The notes under the pieces are model-generated. The model made no database searches. It saw only the letters and a list, made by a program, of their open reading frames with translations, and was not told the DNA's origin. 64,000 bases of DNA, taken from contig OX597821.1 in assembly GCA_951406725.2 (NCBI GenBank), forward strand, positions 109,244,001-109,308,000, in the 5' to 3' direction. The position numbers and the translations under genes are program-made. Below, piece after piece: positions 44,391 through 58,130 of this stretch (the first letter of the stretch is position 1; the number at the start of each line of letters is the position of its first letter). The DNA comes from Octopus vulgaris (taxonomy: Eukaryota).

Positions 44391-44570
44391 TAGTTGAAAA
44401 TTACAGAAAAACGAAGACGGAGATAGGGGTAGGAACAACAAGCTAGTGTATTAGTTTGACGCTCGGGAAAAATGGAAAAGTCGTTCACGTTTCAAGCCTA
44501 CGCTCTTCATCAGAAAGGAATATGGGAAAATAGAGAGAACAGAAAACTTTTGGGGATTTGGCGGTCCAGC
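44391..44570 (-). mobile_element. Hammerhead-bearing non-autonomous element, copy 3
   Basis: Minus strand CTTTCTGATGAAGAGCGTAGGCTTGAAACGTGAACG at 44482-44517. Confidence 0.7.
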
Positions 44571-45008
44571 ATGTATATATGTATATGTGTTTGTATGTAT
44601 ATAGGTGCAGGCGTGGTTATGTGTTAAGACGTTGGCTTCCCAACCACATGACTCCACGTTCAATTCCTCTGCGTACCAATTTCTACTATACCTTCGAGGC
44701 GACAAAAGCCTTGCGAAAGAATTTGTAGACGGAACACACACAGATACAAACTTACATACATATATATATATATATTTTGTGAAATAGAAAGATGAATAAT
44801 CTTGTTGCAGATTAATCAAAAGTTTAACCGATACCTTGGTAGCAAAAATCACAGCAGAAGACAGCACGGTTGTAGGTACAACCATATGGTGTTGCAACCG
44901 TACGTTGGTGCGGATAATTGAATTTTAATATTATTAGTGAATTGAAGAATGAAATAAAACGATTTCTGTTCAATCTTCGTTCAGCTCCATTTCTTCAATT
45001 CACTAATA

Positions 45009-45076
<68 letters not shown>

Positions 45077-45089
45077 ATATACACATTAA

Positions 45090-45465
45090 GGCACTACATC
45101 GCTTACGACGATGAGGGTTCCGGTTGAGCCAATCAACGGAACAGCCTGCTCGTGAGATTAACGTGCGAGCACTCCACAGACACGTGTGCCCTTAACGTAG
45201 TTCTCGGGGAGATTTCGCATGACACAGAGTCTGGCAAGGCTGGACCTTTTGAAATACAGGTACAACAGAAACAAGAAGAAAGAGTGAGAGAAAGTTGTGG
45301 TGGTGAAAGTGTACAGTAGGGTTCGTCACCACTCTCTGCCGGAACGTCGTGGCGTTTCAGTGTTTTCACTCCATACACACTCACAACACATGGTCTGGAA
45401 ATCGAAACTGCAAACCCATGACCACGAGTCCGCTGCCCTAACCACTGGGCCATTGGGCCTCCAGT
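45090..45465 (-). mobile_element. SINE family C
   Basis: Homologous to 2188-2575. Confidence 0.85.
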
Positions 45466-45595
45466 CATATACACATATATACATATATACATGTATATAT
45501 GGACGCATCTATATGTATGTACACACACAAATGCACAGAAAACACGTTCATACAAATACACATGTATATAAACACACACACACACACATACACAA

Positions 45596-45626
<31 letters not shown>

Positions 45627-45732
45627 CATACGTATATATGTGTCTGTGTATATGTATATATACATAAATATGTGTGTGTATATACGTATGTTTATATGCA
45701 GTCATAATTTTTATATATACGTATGTATATAC

Positions 45733-45789
<57 letters not shown>

Positions 45790-46343
45790 CATGTACATAT
45801 ACATATGTGCGCGTGCGTGTCCGTGTGGGGAGGTGTACATCTATGTATGTATATACATACATATATAAATCTATTATTTAATACTAATGAAGGAATTCAA
45901 AAGTTCTGCGTTTGTTAGACAATATATTCACTTGAGAATTAATAAAATAGCTTGCCGTTTCATTTTGAAATGAACTAAATATAATTGAGGAGGAGGAGAG
46001 AAAGGGGGAGAGAGATGCAGTGTGAATGAGAAGAAAACGGAAAGGGGGAAGGGGGAGGAGGAGAGAGGGGAAGGGAGAGAAGTCAGAGCAATACTCAAGG
46101 GAACTTTATGGTATGTGTTGAAACATTCTGTGAAAAAAAAATATCTAGAAATGTCCGCTATTGACTTCCCCAATGCTAAGTCAATGGGAGGGTTTTTTTT
46201 TTTATTGTCGTTCGATGTGTTAGAAATAGCAACCAAATCTTCTTTAACTTTCAACCTGCAGGACTTATTAGTTAATGTCCTTTTTTTTTTTGTTTTTTTC
46301 TTTTAGAGATAGTGCGTCGTCTTAGAAATAGATAAAATAATTC

Positions 46344-46575
46344 TGGCGGCGAGTTGGCAGAAACGATAGCACGCCGGGCGAAATGCGTAGCCATATTTCG
46401 TCTGCCGTTACGTTCTGAGTTCAAATTCCGCCGAGGTCGACTTTGCCTTTCATCCTTTTGGGGTCGATTAAACAAGTACCAGTTACGCACTGGGGTCGAT
46501 GTAATCGACTTAATCCCTTTGTCTGTCCTTGTTTGTCCTCTCTGTGTTTAGCCCCTTGTGGGTAGTAAAGAAAAA
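46344..46575 (+). mobile_element. SINE family A monomer with TSD
   Basis: Full head GGCGGCGAGTTGGCAG; flanking duplication AGATA(A/G)AATAATTCTGG. Confidence 0.92.
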
Positions 46576-46689
46576 AGATAGAATAATTCTGGTTTTGAAA
46601 TTGAGATGTACAAAATGCTAGTCCTGGGCATTTCCTGGGCAGGAACAGCACGTTGCATTCTTTAGCAAGACATTTCATTTCATATAACA

Positions 46690-47518
46690 TAAGTCGGTCC
46701 GAAGCTATTGCAGAAAACTGGGACCTGTGTCTGAACGTGTCAAAGTGCTGTCATCTGCCTGTCGGCTCTACTCCTGCAACTCAACTTGATTTCGAGCCGG
46801 GTCGTCTGCTGCTGGAGAGGACCGATCAGGTAAAGGACCTGGGTATCTTGGTGGATTCCTCCTTTTCGCCTTCGGCCCAGTGCGTCCATGCTGCCAACAA
46901 AGCACGCGGAATTCTGTTCTTGATTCGACGGTCATTCGGAATGCTCGCAGCAGCCATATTCCTACCACTCTATGTCACACTGGTGAGACCCATATTGGAG
47001 TATGGGATTCAAGCCTCTTCTCCTTATCTCCTCAAAGACATACAGCATCTCGAAAGAGTCCAGAAGCTGGCTACCCGCATGGTTCATGGTCTCAAAAATT
47101 TGTCCTACGAAGAAAGGCTGAGGACGCTCGACCTTTATTCTCTTGAAAAACGCCGCCGCCGTGATGATCTCATTCTCGCCCACAACATCATAAGCGGAAA
47201 GTGTAACCTCTCGAAAGAGCTGTTCTTCACTCCTGCTCCAGAGCGTCGGCTGCGGGGTCATTCCGAAAAGCTCTACCTGCGACGATTTCATCTCAATCGA
47301 AGGAGAGGAGCTTTCTCCGTCCGGGTTGCGGATCCGTGGAACAAGCTGCCAGAGGAGATGGTGAAGATGCCGACGACCGCTTTGTTCAAAGCCTCCCTTG
47401 ACCTCAAGTGGCCTGAACTCTTTACATGAACTCCACCCTGTACTTAACTCCATGTCCCCCTACATGGCCTTGCTATTTGCTTTTGAGCCAAATTAACTAA
47501 CTAACTAACTAACTAACT
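46690..47518 (+). mobile_element. CR1-clade LINE, 5'-truncated (RT C-terminus + 3' UTR + (AACT)n tail)
   Basis: ORF 46653-47429: LNVSKC, KDLGI, YVTLVRPILEYG, LERVQ..ATR, YEERL, RRRDDLI, LRGH, FSVRVADPWNKLP, FKASLD; tail (AACT)n. Confidence 0.92.
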
Positions 47519-47869
47519 TGTCCATGGCGCCACGCGGTGGGACTGAACCCGGATCCATGTGGTTGGTAAGCAACCTACTTACCACACAGCCGCTCCTGCG
47601 CCTACAGCCACACCTATATAAAATCTGCGGAAATAACTTTAAAAAGCTTCTGATTTGCATTTACAATGGACTGTTTTCTATTTTTGATTTGGCCGGTATT
47701 TCTTAATCGTATAAAGATTGCATATGTCAGCACATGGATATATTTCGTGCACTAACGCTGGTGCAGATACTCATTATCGTGTATGGTTATGTTACCAAGT
47801 TACCAAGCAGTGATATTCCTTTCCATATCAACCCCCTGAGACCGCTCTTGCGTCCATGATAAAAACTTC

Positions 47870-48617
47870 CTGCTTATAAAGTGATTTAAATTAAAACCAT
47901 ACATCAAAATTTCATGTTAGTTTTTGTTAACACCTACTTGATATTGACAAAGATACTTTACTAAATCCTTCGTTCATTTCACTTTTCAAATTGAAAATAA
48001 GCAGTGAATTTGAGAGAAATAAGGTAACAAAAGAATAATTCAAACCAGCCAGCCATCAATAGATGGCTCTTAGTTTTATGATACAAACTAATAAAACCAT
48101 CGATCACAGCAACTTGACAAAGATATCTTACTTAATTCATTATTTACAAAATTATTTGAAAGAAAAGCAGAGCATTTCACAGAAATAAGGTAACAAAATG
48201 GTTAAAGTATCTAGGATAAAACTTATACACTCATCCATTGATCCTTCAAAAGACTGCTTTTAATTCTATTACTCACACTTTGTGTTTTCAAACTTGAATT
48301 CAATTAAAATCATAGATCAAAATTTTATATTCATTTTTCTTCTCAACACCAGATTGGTATTCACAAAAGTATTTCACTAAATTCGTTAGTTTCAAAATCA
48401 TTTAAAAGAAAATTAGTGTATTTGACAGAAATAAGGGGACAAAAAGGTTAAAGTGGTTTAAATTGAAGCCATCCACCAAAATTCCCTGTTAAGCTTTGTT
48501 CAAAACAACAACGTGATATCGAAAAATGTTATTTTACAAAATACTTCGTTATTATCAAAAATAACTAGAAGAAAAGCAGTGTATTTCGACAGAAATATTG
48601 TAACAAAAGGGTAAAAC
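47870..48617. repeat. About four degenerate tandem ~160-bp units ending ..GAAATA(A/T)GGTAACAAAA(G/T)GGTTAA
   Basis: The same motif series recurs at ~48035, 48205, 48451 and 48615; TTAA-ended, resembling DNA-transposon MITE termini. Confidence 0.55.
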
Positions 48618-49101
48618 TACGATGTTTAAATGTTATTCCTGTCAAGCAAAGAAAAATATCATTTAACATGTATTTTACGAATTTAATCTGCAAGCGATAG
48701 ACCGAAAATATGTAAAATATTTCAAAGTTTAAGAATGTAACTCACTCTGTTACATGTTGATGTCTAAATTCTAAACATAGGACTTTATCCATAGAACAAG
48801 TAAATACCAAAAGTTTCCCAGCAATAAGATTAATCTTTCTCTGTACATTCCAATTATAAATGCACTTTAATGATTTCGACAGTAACTGTACTAGTTGAAT
48901 GAGTCATTAATGACGAAACTCGAAATTCCAGTCAGTCCAATATATTAATAAACTTTATTCTAATAAATCTGTAGATTCTTCCACATTAAATGTTTTGTTG
49001 TTTTATAACAAGTAAATCAACAATACCGTATATTAAATACACTTACGCATTTAGACACATAGATACATATGTGTGGGTGTGTATGTGTGTTGATGTATAT
49101 A

Positions 49102-49159
<58 letters not shown>

Positions 49160-49415
49160 ATTTTTTTGCGTAATAAGATAAAAAAAACCAAGGCTGTGTA
49201 GATATTAGAGCATTTTAAATGATCTGATATCTACACAGCCTTGGTTTTTTTTATCTTATTACGCAAAAATTCTTATTCACGCACGCTGACATAGAAACAA
49301 CGTTGAACCATTTACTCGCAAAATTACCGAAACTGGAACTTAACTATGGTCTGTCTATAGCACTTATTCAGCATTACCTGACACCCTTGGTCTGAATGAC
49401 ATCATTATCTCTTAT

Positions 49416-49466
<51 letters not shown>

Positions 49467-49489
49467 GCTGAAGGGTAACCATTTATTTA

Positions 49490-49812
49490 TGAAGATAGCT
49501 CACAGCACCTTTGAACGAACAGCCTTGGTAAGAACAAAATGGAGATTGTTGAGTCAAAATGGTATAAAAAAACATCGTTGCAACCTGCATTAACAGACTT
49601 AGGAGTGCAAAGCAAAGGAGAAAACTGGCTGCAAATATACAACCAACACTGACCTGTAGTCCTCAAACTTTCAACATATGTGGCCTTCTTTGCAAATCGT
49701 TTGGCGGTAGGGTGTGACTTAAACGACACATTCGACGTAAGCATTATGACTGACAAAGTGGGATGACGTTGTCGGAGACACTTGTATCGAAACCCACGGG
49801 AGAGTTCATCAT
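49490..49812 (+). mobile_element. Degenerate RTE-type LINE 3' end
   Basis: FERTALVRTKWR.. followed by a C-terminal ICGLLCKS..LKRHIRRKH zinc-finger-like remnant. Confidence 0.55.
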
Positions 49813-49824
49813 ATATATATATAT

Positions 49825-49990
49825 AGTTGAAATTTACAGAAAAACAAAAGACAGGTGTATTAGTTTAACGTTCGCGAACGTGAGAATGTCTTTTACGTTT
49901 CGAGCCTACGCTCTTCAAAAGAAAGGAACACGAGAAAATAAACAGAGCGAGAATAAAAAACAGAAAGCTTCAGTAGCTGGCGGTTAATCA
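49825..49990 (-). mobile_element. Hammerhead-bearing non-autonomous element, copy 4
   Basis: Minus strand CTTTCTTTTGAAGAGCGTAGGCTCGAAACGTAAAAG at 49890-49925; (TA)n at the 3' end. Confidence 0.7.
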
Positions 49991-49998
49991 TATACATA

Positions 49999-50049
<51 letters not shown>

Positions 50050-50214
50050 CAGATAGTTACGCAATAGAAATAAACTAAATTTTATCATCTATAAGAAAAA
50101 ACTTTCTTCTGTTAAGAGGTAAAATTTCAAAATATCGATATAGATAGAGTGGGAGAGATAGGGGGAGATTGAGAGAGTGAGACATACACAGAGAGATAGA
50201 GGGGTAGATAGATA

Positions 50215-50245
<31 letters not shown>

Positions 50246-51486
50246 GCTGGAGAGAAAGAGCCAGACAGAGACATAGTTATAAATATATATTTGCATTTAG
50301 AAGTATTGAGAAATTTGAAAATTAGACATTATACAGGGTTACTCAAAAGCCTATATACCATGACATTTGACACTAACATACATACTACGGTACGTGTGTG
50401 TGTGTATGCATATGTGTGTACTTGTGAGTATGTATGTACGTATGTATGTATCTATGCGTGTATCTGTGTGTGTGTAATTCACGTTAAAAGAATATTAATA
50501 ATATTAATATATAATCTGAATATGAAAAAAATGTAAAAAAAAAATGACACGCGCACACATAGATGACTTCCTAGAATTAATTTACTAGGAAACCCTTTGA
50601 CCTCCACGAAATACCTTAACCCTAAGCAAATATGATTGGTTGCAGGGTTTCAGTGTTGAAGCCCTATAGGGTGTGCAGTCTGTCATGTTTAAAAGCCATA
50701 TTCTAAAAATCACGACAGATTGTCATCTTGGATAACATCAAATTAGAGCTATATACTCTATGGGGAGTGAGAAATGCTTGCAATTAGATTTTCTGGCTGT
50801 CTTTTAATATTATCATAATGTATGTATATATAGATGCATGTATGCATGTATATATTTGTGTGCGAGTGTGTATGTAAGTATGCATATACCACATGGTATA
50901 TAGCTTAAACTCTGTCACTTTTACTCACTGACACGCTCTCTCTCTCTCTCCCTCCTTCCTTCCCTTCTCTCTGTCTCCATCTCTCTGTCTCTCTGTCTCT
51001 CTGTCTCTCTCTCTCTGTAAAATATATATATATATATTCGTGTGTGCGTATGTGTATAATAATAATGTATATGACTTGTGATGTTTGCCTTGCCTTAACG
51101 ATTGCTGTCCTCTTTAAGAATTATATATCCGCTATGTTGGAAATCTGCAATGGCTCCTTAACTACAGTCTCGAATATAACTTTGGAGCGCTAGTAATCCG
51201 TTACAGCAATTACATCACCTGTGAACTAAACCCTCATATTTTGCATGTATATATATATATATAAATACATACATACATACATACATACATACATACATAC
51301 ATACATACATACATACATACATACATACATACATACATAATACATACATACATACGTACATACATACATAATTAATAATATCAAGGTAATAAAGATTGTA
51401 GAAATTTTTACTAACAGTGGCCTAGCGTATAGAAAAATTAGTCAATAGACAATATGTTATTCATATAAGATACAGTGTACATTTCA

Positions 51487-51520
<34 letters not shown>

Positions 51521-51521
<1 letters not shown>

Positions 51522-51671
51522 GGGAGAGTTTACAAAAGAAATAAAAGACGAAGACAGGTGATGTACAAAACAAACAGATGTATTAGTATAACGCTCAGGA
51601 ATAGAAACAGACTTTTACGTTTCGAGCCTACGCTCTTCTACAGAAAGGGACACAGAAAAAACAAGGAGAGA

Positions 51672-51675
<4 letters not shown>
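51521..51675 (-). mobile_element. Hammerhead-bearing non-autonomous element, copy 5
   Basis: Minus strand CTTTCTGTAGAAGAGCGTAGGCTCGAAACGTAAAAG at 51612-51647; (TA)n on both sides. Confidence 0.72.
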
Positions 51676-51711
<36 letters not shown>

Positions 51712-52565
51712 CATTTATTCGGTAGCATTATCTTGGCTACCGAATAATTGTCACCTATTACATTTACACATAAATTCCTCTATTTACATAATATCGAGGT
51801 CTCTTTCATTCTTTTGTTGTTTTACCATTTCTATCAATATATATATATATATATATATATACATACAGATTCACATACATATATATATATATATGTATGT
51901 ACATATATGCATGTATATCTATATATATATACACATATATATGTACGTATGTATACATATATAAATAATTATATATATATATATATATATATAATAATAA
52001 TAAATATTAGGGAATAAATCCAAATTTACAGGAAAAAAATCAGATTTAAGATTAAATCCAATTTTATAGTAAAATATTATAAAATATTATTAGAGACAAA
52101 ACCACTATTTTGCAAAACAAACAAGGAAAGACTTAATCAATACATAAAATTTTAATAAATAGTCAAATATATATAAACCATGTGACATTACTGAGATTCT
52201 AATACAGGACTAGGCGTCCATACATACACACACAAGCACATATACACATACGCAAACAAACACAAGTGCACGCAAGCACGTACAAATTCACAATCACACA
52301 ACTTCAAAACTTCGAAGAATTCGAAAATTATGAAAAATTTCATGCGCCGATGTGTATCTGTGTCAGTGTCAGTGTGTGCGTGTGTATATGTATATACATA
52401 TGTTTGTGTGTGTGTGTGGGTGTATTCATTAACAGATGATTGAAACACACTCTTGCATACTTACATGTTATTTATGTATATACGTACGTGCCTATGTACA
52501 TACACATATACATACACATATATCTATACACATGTATATAGACAGATAGATATATATATATATAT

Positions 52566-52960
52566 ACTCTTTACACTTTACTCTTTTACTCTTTTACATG
52601 TTTCAGTCATTTGACAGCGGCCATGCTGGAGCACCGCCTTTAGTCGAGCAAATCGATCCCAGGACTTATTCTATCGGACTCTTTTACCGAACCGCTAAGT
52701 TACGGGACGTAAACACACCAGCATCGGTTGTGAAGCGATGTTGAGGGAACAAACACAGACACACAAACACACATACACATACATATATCTACACACGACG
52801 AGCTTCTTTCAGCTTCCGTCTACAAAAACCCCTCACAAGGCTTTGGTCGGCCCGAGGCTATAGAAGAAGACACTTGCCCAAGGTGCCACGCAGTGAGACT
52901 GAACCCGGAACCATGTGGTTGGTATGCAAGCTACTTACCACACGGCCACTCCTGCACCTA
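52566..52960 (-). mobile_element. SINE family B, full length
   Basis: Homologous to 40151-40571. Confidence 0.88.
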
Positions 52961-53018
52961 TATATATATATACACATATAGGCGCAGTATAGATTACACA
53001 CATATATCTATACTTTTT

Positions 53019-53084
<66 letters not shown>

Positions 53085-54507
53085 ATTCACAGGAGTTTGA
53101 ATTCAGAACGTAAAGAGCAAGAATAAATGTGCTGAACATTTTGCGAGATACCTTATCGATTCTGCCACCTCGTCGCCTTCATTAAAAAAAAATAATACAA
53201 ACATACGTCTAGCGATATTAAATAATGGGTAAATTGATTATAGTACGCAAATTCCAGTTCTGTGAAGCACCGGTTTTGTCGCTTGTTGTGTACATAAACA
53301 CATTAGCTACTGATTTGCTCTGGCATTGCTCAAGTGATATAAACACCTCTGATGAGACCCCAATAAGTTCCGAGAACCGACAAAGGCTATTCGTCATTTT
53401 TTATTCTTTTTCAGTTAAGACGTAACTAATTGAATTTACCGTGTTTGTATGTCCACTACATAGGTTCACATATATATCATACTATCCCTTGATATTGTGT
53501 CAACTGAGATCCTCGTTGATAGGCCAACGATATTGCTATGTTATCCATGATATTCAATGAAGTGAAAACACAAACGTCCCAGTCTAGTCAACTGAAACCT
53601 GGGTCAAGCATGACGGTTAGATGGTTATTTTATAACTGAGGTGGTATATAGGCTCGTTTCCTTTCTCCGATCTTTCAGTGGGAACTTCTTTTCTGCTGAT
53701 TTTTCTGGCGTGCCTGGCCACTCTGCTTGAAACCTCTTTTACGCTTTATATTCACCTGTAGGTTAGGCCTGAACCATACCTGAGCACGTTAACAAAATCT
53801 TTCTATGAAGTGTACCATGACCCTGGCCGGCATTCAATTGACTGCGGGAACCTATACTTTGATCTCATTGTCTTGAGCATATTAATGCATAATCATGAAA
53901 CCACGTGATATTGCATCAGTATGGATTGACATACTTTATTTTTGTCGTGTCTGTCAAATATCACGTGACATTCTCCACAAGTGCGATCTCGCTGTGACTC
54001 AGTGCACCTGCTACATTCCTCTACGTCTTAGTCTACAGCAGTAGTGAACAGGAACAATGAGAAGTGGACACCTGACATATGGGTCGAAATTTGTTGATGA
54101 TGTCGCTCTTGTGCGCTTCCTTCCTCATCACCACCAACAATCTCTGACTAACAAATCTAGGAATGTTATTATAGATATAAGTAGAGAGGGAGGGAGAGGG
54201 AGAGAGAGATGAAAGTCTAACATATCTCCGTAATATTCGTATGACAAACTATCCATACCAAGATTTTACTTCTAGTGCAACCCCTCACGCCCCCCCCCCC
54301 CGTATCCCAGCTGCTGTTATTAATTTCTACAAAATCCTACGATTTCTGCAGAAAGGAGCAGCTTGAATGCTGAGGCAGGTGCTAAAATTTCTCCTCTTCA
54401 ATCCAACATTATCCTCATACACTTGGGTAAATCTTATTGGAAAACCACTCAAGTTTACTTAAAATCGAATATTTATGCGCCCATCGAGGTCCTTCATGAA
54501 TATAAAT

Positions 54508-54700
54508 AGGCGTAGGAGTGCCTGTGTGGTTAAGTAGCTTGCTTAAGAAACCATGTGGTTCCGAGTTCAGTCCCACTGCGTGGCACCTTGGCCAAGTGTC
54601 TTCTACTGTAACCTCGGGCCGACCAAAGCCTTGTGAGTGGATTTGGTAGACGGAAACTGAAAGAAGCCCGTCGTATATATGTATTTGTGTGTGTGTGTGT
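54508..54700 (+). mobile_element. SINE family B, 5' half
   Basis: GGCGTAGGAGTGCCTGTGTGGTTAAGTAGC..GAAGCCCGTCGTATA. Confidence 0.85.
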
Positions 54701-54724
54701 GTAAGCATACATTCACACACAAAC

Positions 54725-54794
<70 letters not shown>

Positions 54795-54814
54795 GTATAT
54801 ATATATGTATATAT

Positions 54815-54877
<63 letters not shown>

Positions 54878-55027
54878 TATATGACATAGATAATTAGACA
54901 AAAAGACAGGCAGACAGACAGACAGATAGACAAACAGACAGACAGATAGGCGCACGGACCGATAGACAAATATACAGATGGATTGAGAGATCGAGATATC
55001 GATCGATAGATTAGATAGATAAACTGA

Positions 55028-55585
55028 CATACATACATATACACATACATACATACATAAGCACACACATACATACATAAATACATACACACACATACAT
55101 ACATACATACATATAGGCATACATACACACATACATACATACATACATACATACATACATACACACACACACATACATACATACATAAGCACACACATAC
55201 ATACATAAATACATACATACATACATATAGGCATACATACGTACATACACACACACACATACATACATACATGCATGCATACACACACACACATACATAC
55301 ATACATACATGCATACATACATACATACATACATGCATACATACATACATACATACATACATACACACACATACATACATACATACATACATACATACAT
55401 ACATACATACATACATACATACATACATACACACACACATACATACATACATACATACATACACACACACATACATACATACATACATACATACATACAC
55501 ACACATACATACATACATACATACATACATACATACATACATACATACATACATACATACATACATACATACATACATACATACA

Positions 55586-55631
<46 letters not shown>

Positions 55632-55648
55632 CATATACATACATACAT
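55028..55648. repeat. (ATAC)n/(AC)n microsatellite
   Basis: Directly visible; source of the MYVC/HTYI ORFs. Confidence 0.96.
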
Positions 55649-55808
55649 TCGCTACACCTTCAGTATACAGTTTCCTCATTTTTTCTCCCTTTGTTTTACT
55701 ACCTGAACACTTCCAAGTATTTAAACCTTGTTCTTTTTTCTTTCTTTCTTTCGTTATTTATTTATTTTTTTATATATTTATCTGATCGATTACGGTTTTC
55801 CAGTAGGC

Positions 55809-55872
<64 letters not shown>

Positions 55873-56358
55873 CTGAATAGATTTAGTTACCTTTGTTGTC
55901 TAACAGCTGCATCTTATCCGTATGATGGACGGAAACACCTGGTCCTCATCCGACGTTTTTTACATCTCCCACTGCTGCCTTCCTTAGCCTTAACGCGCAA
56001 CACCATCATCACTCCGGTGTGGGTCTCTCTCTTCACCTGGTAACTCAAGGTGAAGAGACGGCGTTACCAGTTGATGTTTCGTATCGTATGACGTCAATCA
56101 ACATCACAATCATCATCAGCATCATCATCATCATCATCATCATCATCGTCGTCGTCGTCGTCGTCCTCCCCCTCGTTACCGTTGTCGTCGCCACCACCAT
56201 AGTCGTCGTCGTCGTCGCCGTCGTCGTATTAGTAATAGCAGTCTTCGTCATCATCATCATCATCGTCGTTGTCGTCGTCGATGTCTTCGGTGGTGTTGTC
56301 ATCGACCTTGTCATCGACCTCGTCATCATCATCATAGTCGACCTCGTCGTCAACATCG

Positions 56359-56389
<31 letters not shown>

Positions 56390-56584
56390 CTTTCTCGTCG
56401 TCGTCGTCGTCATCGGGAATCGAACTCACTAACTCATGATTGTATCTCAGACGCTCTAACCACTGAACCATGTGACTTCACATTTTATTTATTTATTTTT
56501 TTTTTTTTGAAGATTAACTGTCAGCTTATCGAAATATCCTTTGATCTTAATATGCGACGAAGTGTGTAACTTATGATGGCTAAT

Positions 56585-56964
56585 CGTGGCACTCCGTCGG
56601 TTGCGACGACGGGATTCCAGTTGATCCGATCAACGGAACAGCCAGCTCGTGAAATTAACGTGCAAGTGGCTGAGCACTCCATAGACACGTGTACCCTTAA
56701 CGTAGTTCTCAGGGAGATTCAGCGTGACACAGAGTGCGACAAGGCTGGCCCTTTGAAATACAGGTACAACAGAAACAGGAAGAAAGAGTGAAAGAACGTT
56801 GGCGAAGGAGTACAACAGGTTTTACTACCACTCTCTGCCGGAGCCTCGTGGGGCTTTAGGTGTTTTCGCTCAATAAACACCCACAATGTCTGGTCTGGGA
56901 ATCGAAACCGCGAACCTATGACCTCGAGTCCGCTGTCCTAACCACTAGGCCATTTCTCTTCCAC
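56585..56964 (-). mobile_element. SINE family C, full length with TSD
   Basis: TSD GATGGCTAAT at 56575-56584 and 56967-56976. Confidence 0.9.
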
Positions 56965-57507
56965 ACGATGGCTAATAAACTTTTTTTGTGGTCTATACTC
57001 CTAACTGTAATACATTCTTGAAACTTACTAAACTCTTCCAATAGGATATTTGGATCATACTAAAAAGTATTCTGATCACAAGTAATATCTCATTTCTAAT
57101 AAAGCCTTTCTCCCTCTCTATATTTTTCATACCAGTTTCTACGAGTAACGAAGATGTACGCTTATGAGATTTTGATTATCATTTCACTCGTCTCAATGCT
57201 CATACAAGTTTTCGTTATGACCAATCACCTTCCTCCAACAGATCCCCTTTATTTTGAAAAATAACGGACCAATCAACTTCAAATGTCTATTCGATAAAAT
57301 GCTAATCCTGAATAATTATAAATACTTTTATACTATTGTACTGTTTTGAATAAGCACGTCTGTCTGATGATCACTTATCTGAAACTCTGAACATCAACAG
57401 ATTCTGAAGTATTTTCAATTTCAACAAAATACTACGTATGTATGTGCGTGTGTGTATGTGTATGGATGTGTTAGCGTGTATGTGTGCGTGCCCTGCTTCT
57501 GTGTATT

Positions 57508-57564
<57 letters not shown>

Positions 57565-57734
57565 TCTCTTTTACTCTATAACACGTTTCAGTCATTTGAC
57601 TGCGGCCATGCTGGAGCACCGCCTTTAGTCGAACAAAACGACACTAGGACTTACGCTTTATGGACCTAGTAATTATCTATAGGTCTATTTTGCCGAAACG
57701 CTAAGTTTGGGGAACATAATCACCCCACGTAATG

Positions 57735-57926
57735 ATTGCTCGATAGACACTAAACACATTTTCTTTTCTCTCTCTGTTTATTTCTGTGTTCCTTTCTGTT
57801 GAAGAGCGTAGGCTCGAAACGTAAAAGACTTTCTCACTTCCCTAGCGTTAAACAAATACATGTGTTTGTTGTTTACACATCCGTCTTTGTCTTTTGTTTT
57901 GATTGTTTTTCTATAAATTCCAACTA
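57735..57926 (+). mobile_element. Hammerhead-bearing non-autonomous element, copy 6
   Basis: CTTTCTGTTGAAGAGCGTAGGCTCGAAACGTAAAAG at 57792-57827; ends TTTCTATAAATTCCAAC + (TA)n. Confidence 0.72.
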
Positions 57927-57960
57927 TATATATACATAAGTATATATATATATATATATA

Positions 57961-58130
57961 TTAAATCTCAAAAAGAACAAACACAAAAAACACAACAGCA
58001 CGAGAATATAGTACATCAGGGAAGGAAAGAAAGATGGTTTAACATTTCGTGCAGACGCTCTTCTTTGGAAACAGAGGAAAGTCCAATGGAAGGGAAGGCA
58101 GAGGAAGAAAATCGCCAACGATTACACGCG
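57961..58130 (-). mobile_element. Related second short element with a degenerate hammerhead
   Basis: Minus strand GTTTCCAAAGAAGAGCGTCTGCACGAAATGTTAAAC at 58037-58072; 3' end at (TA)n. Confidence 0.45.

Noticed and set aside
54713-55876. MYVC/HTYI-repeat ORFs of up to 311 aa
   Set aside because: (ATAC)n microsatellite with no stop codons in several frames.
55907-56039. Protein-coding exon (AG..GT bounded, 133 bp)
   Set aside because: Only one frame is open, with no recognisable protein similarity; splice signals are weak.
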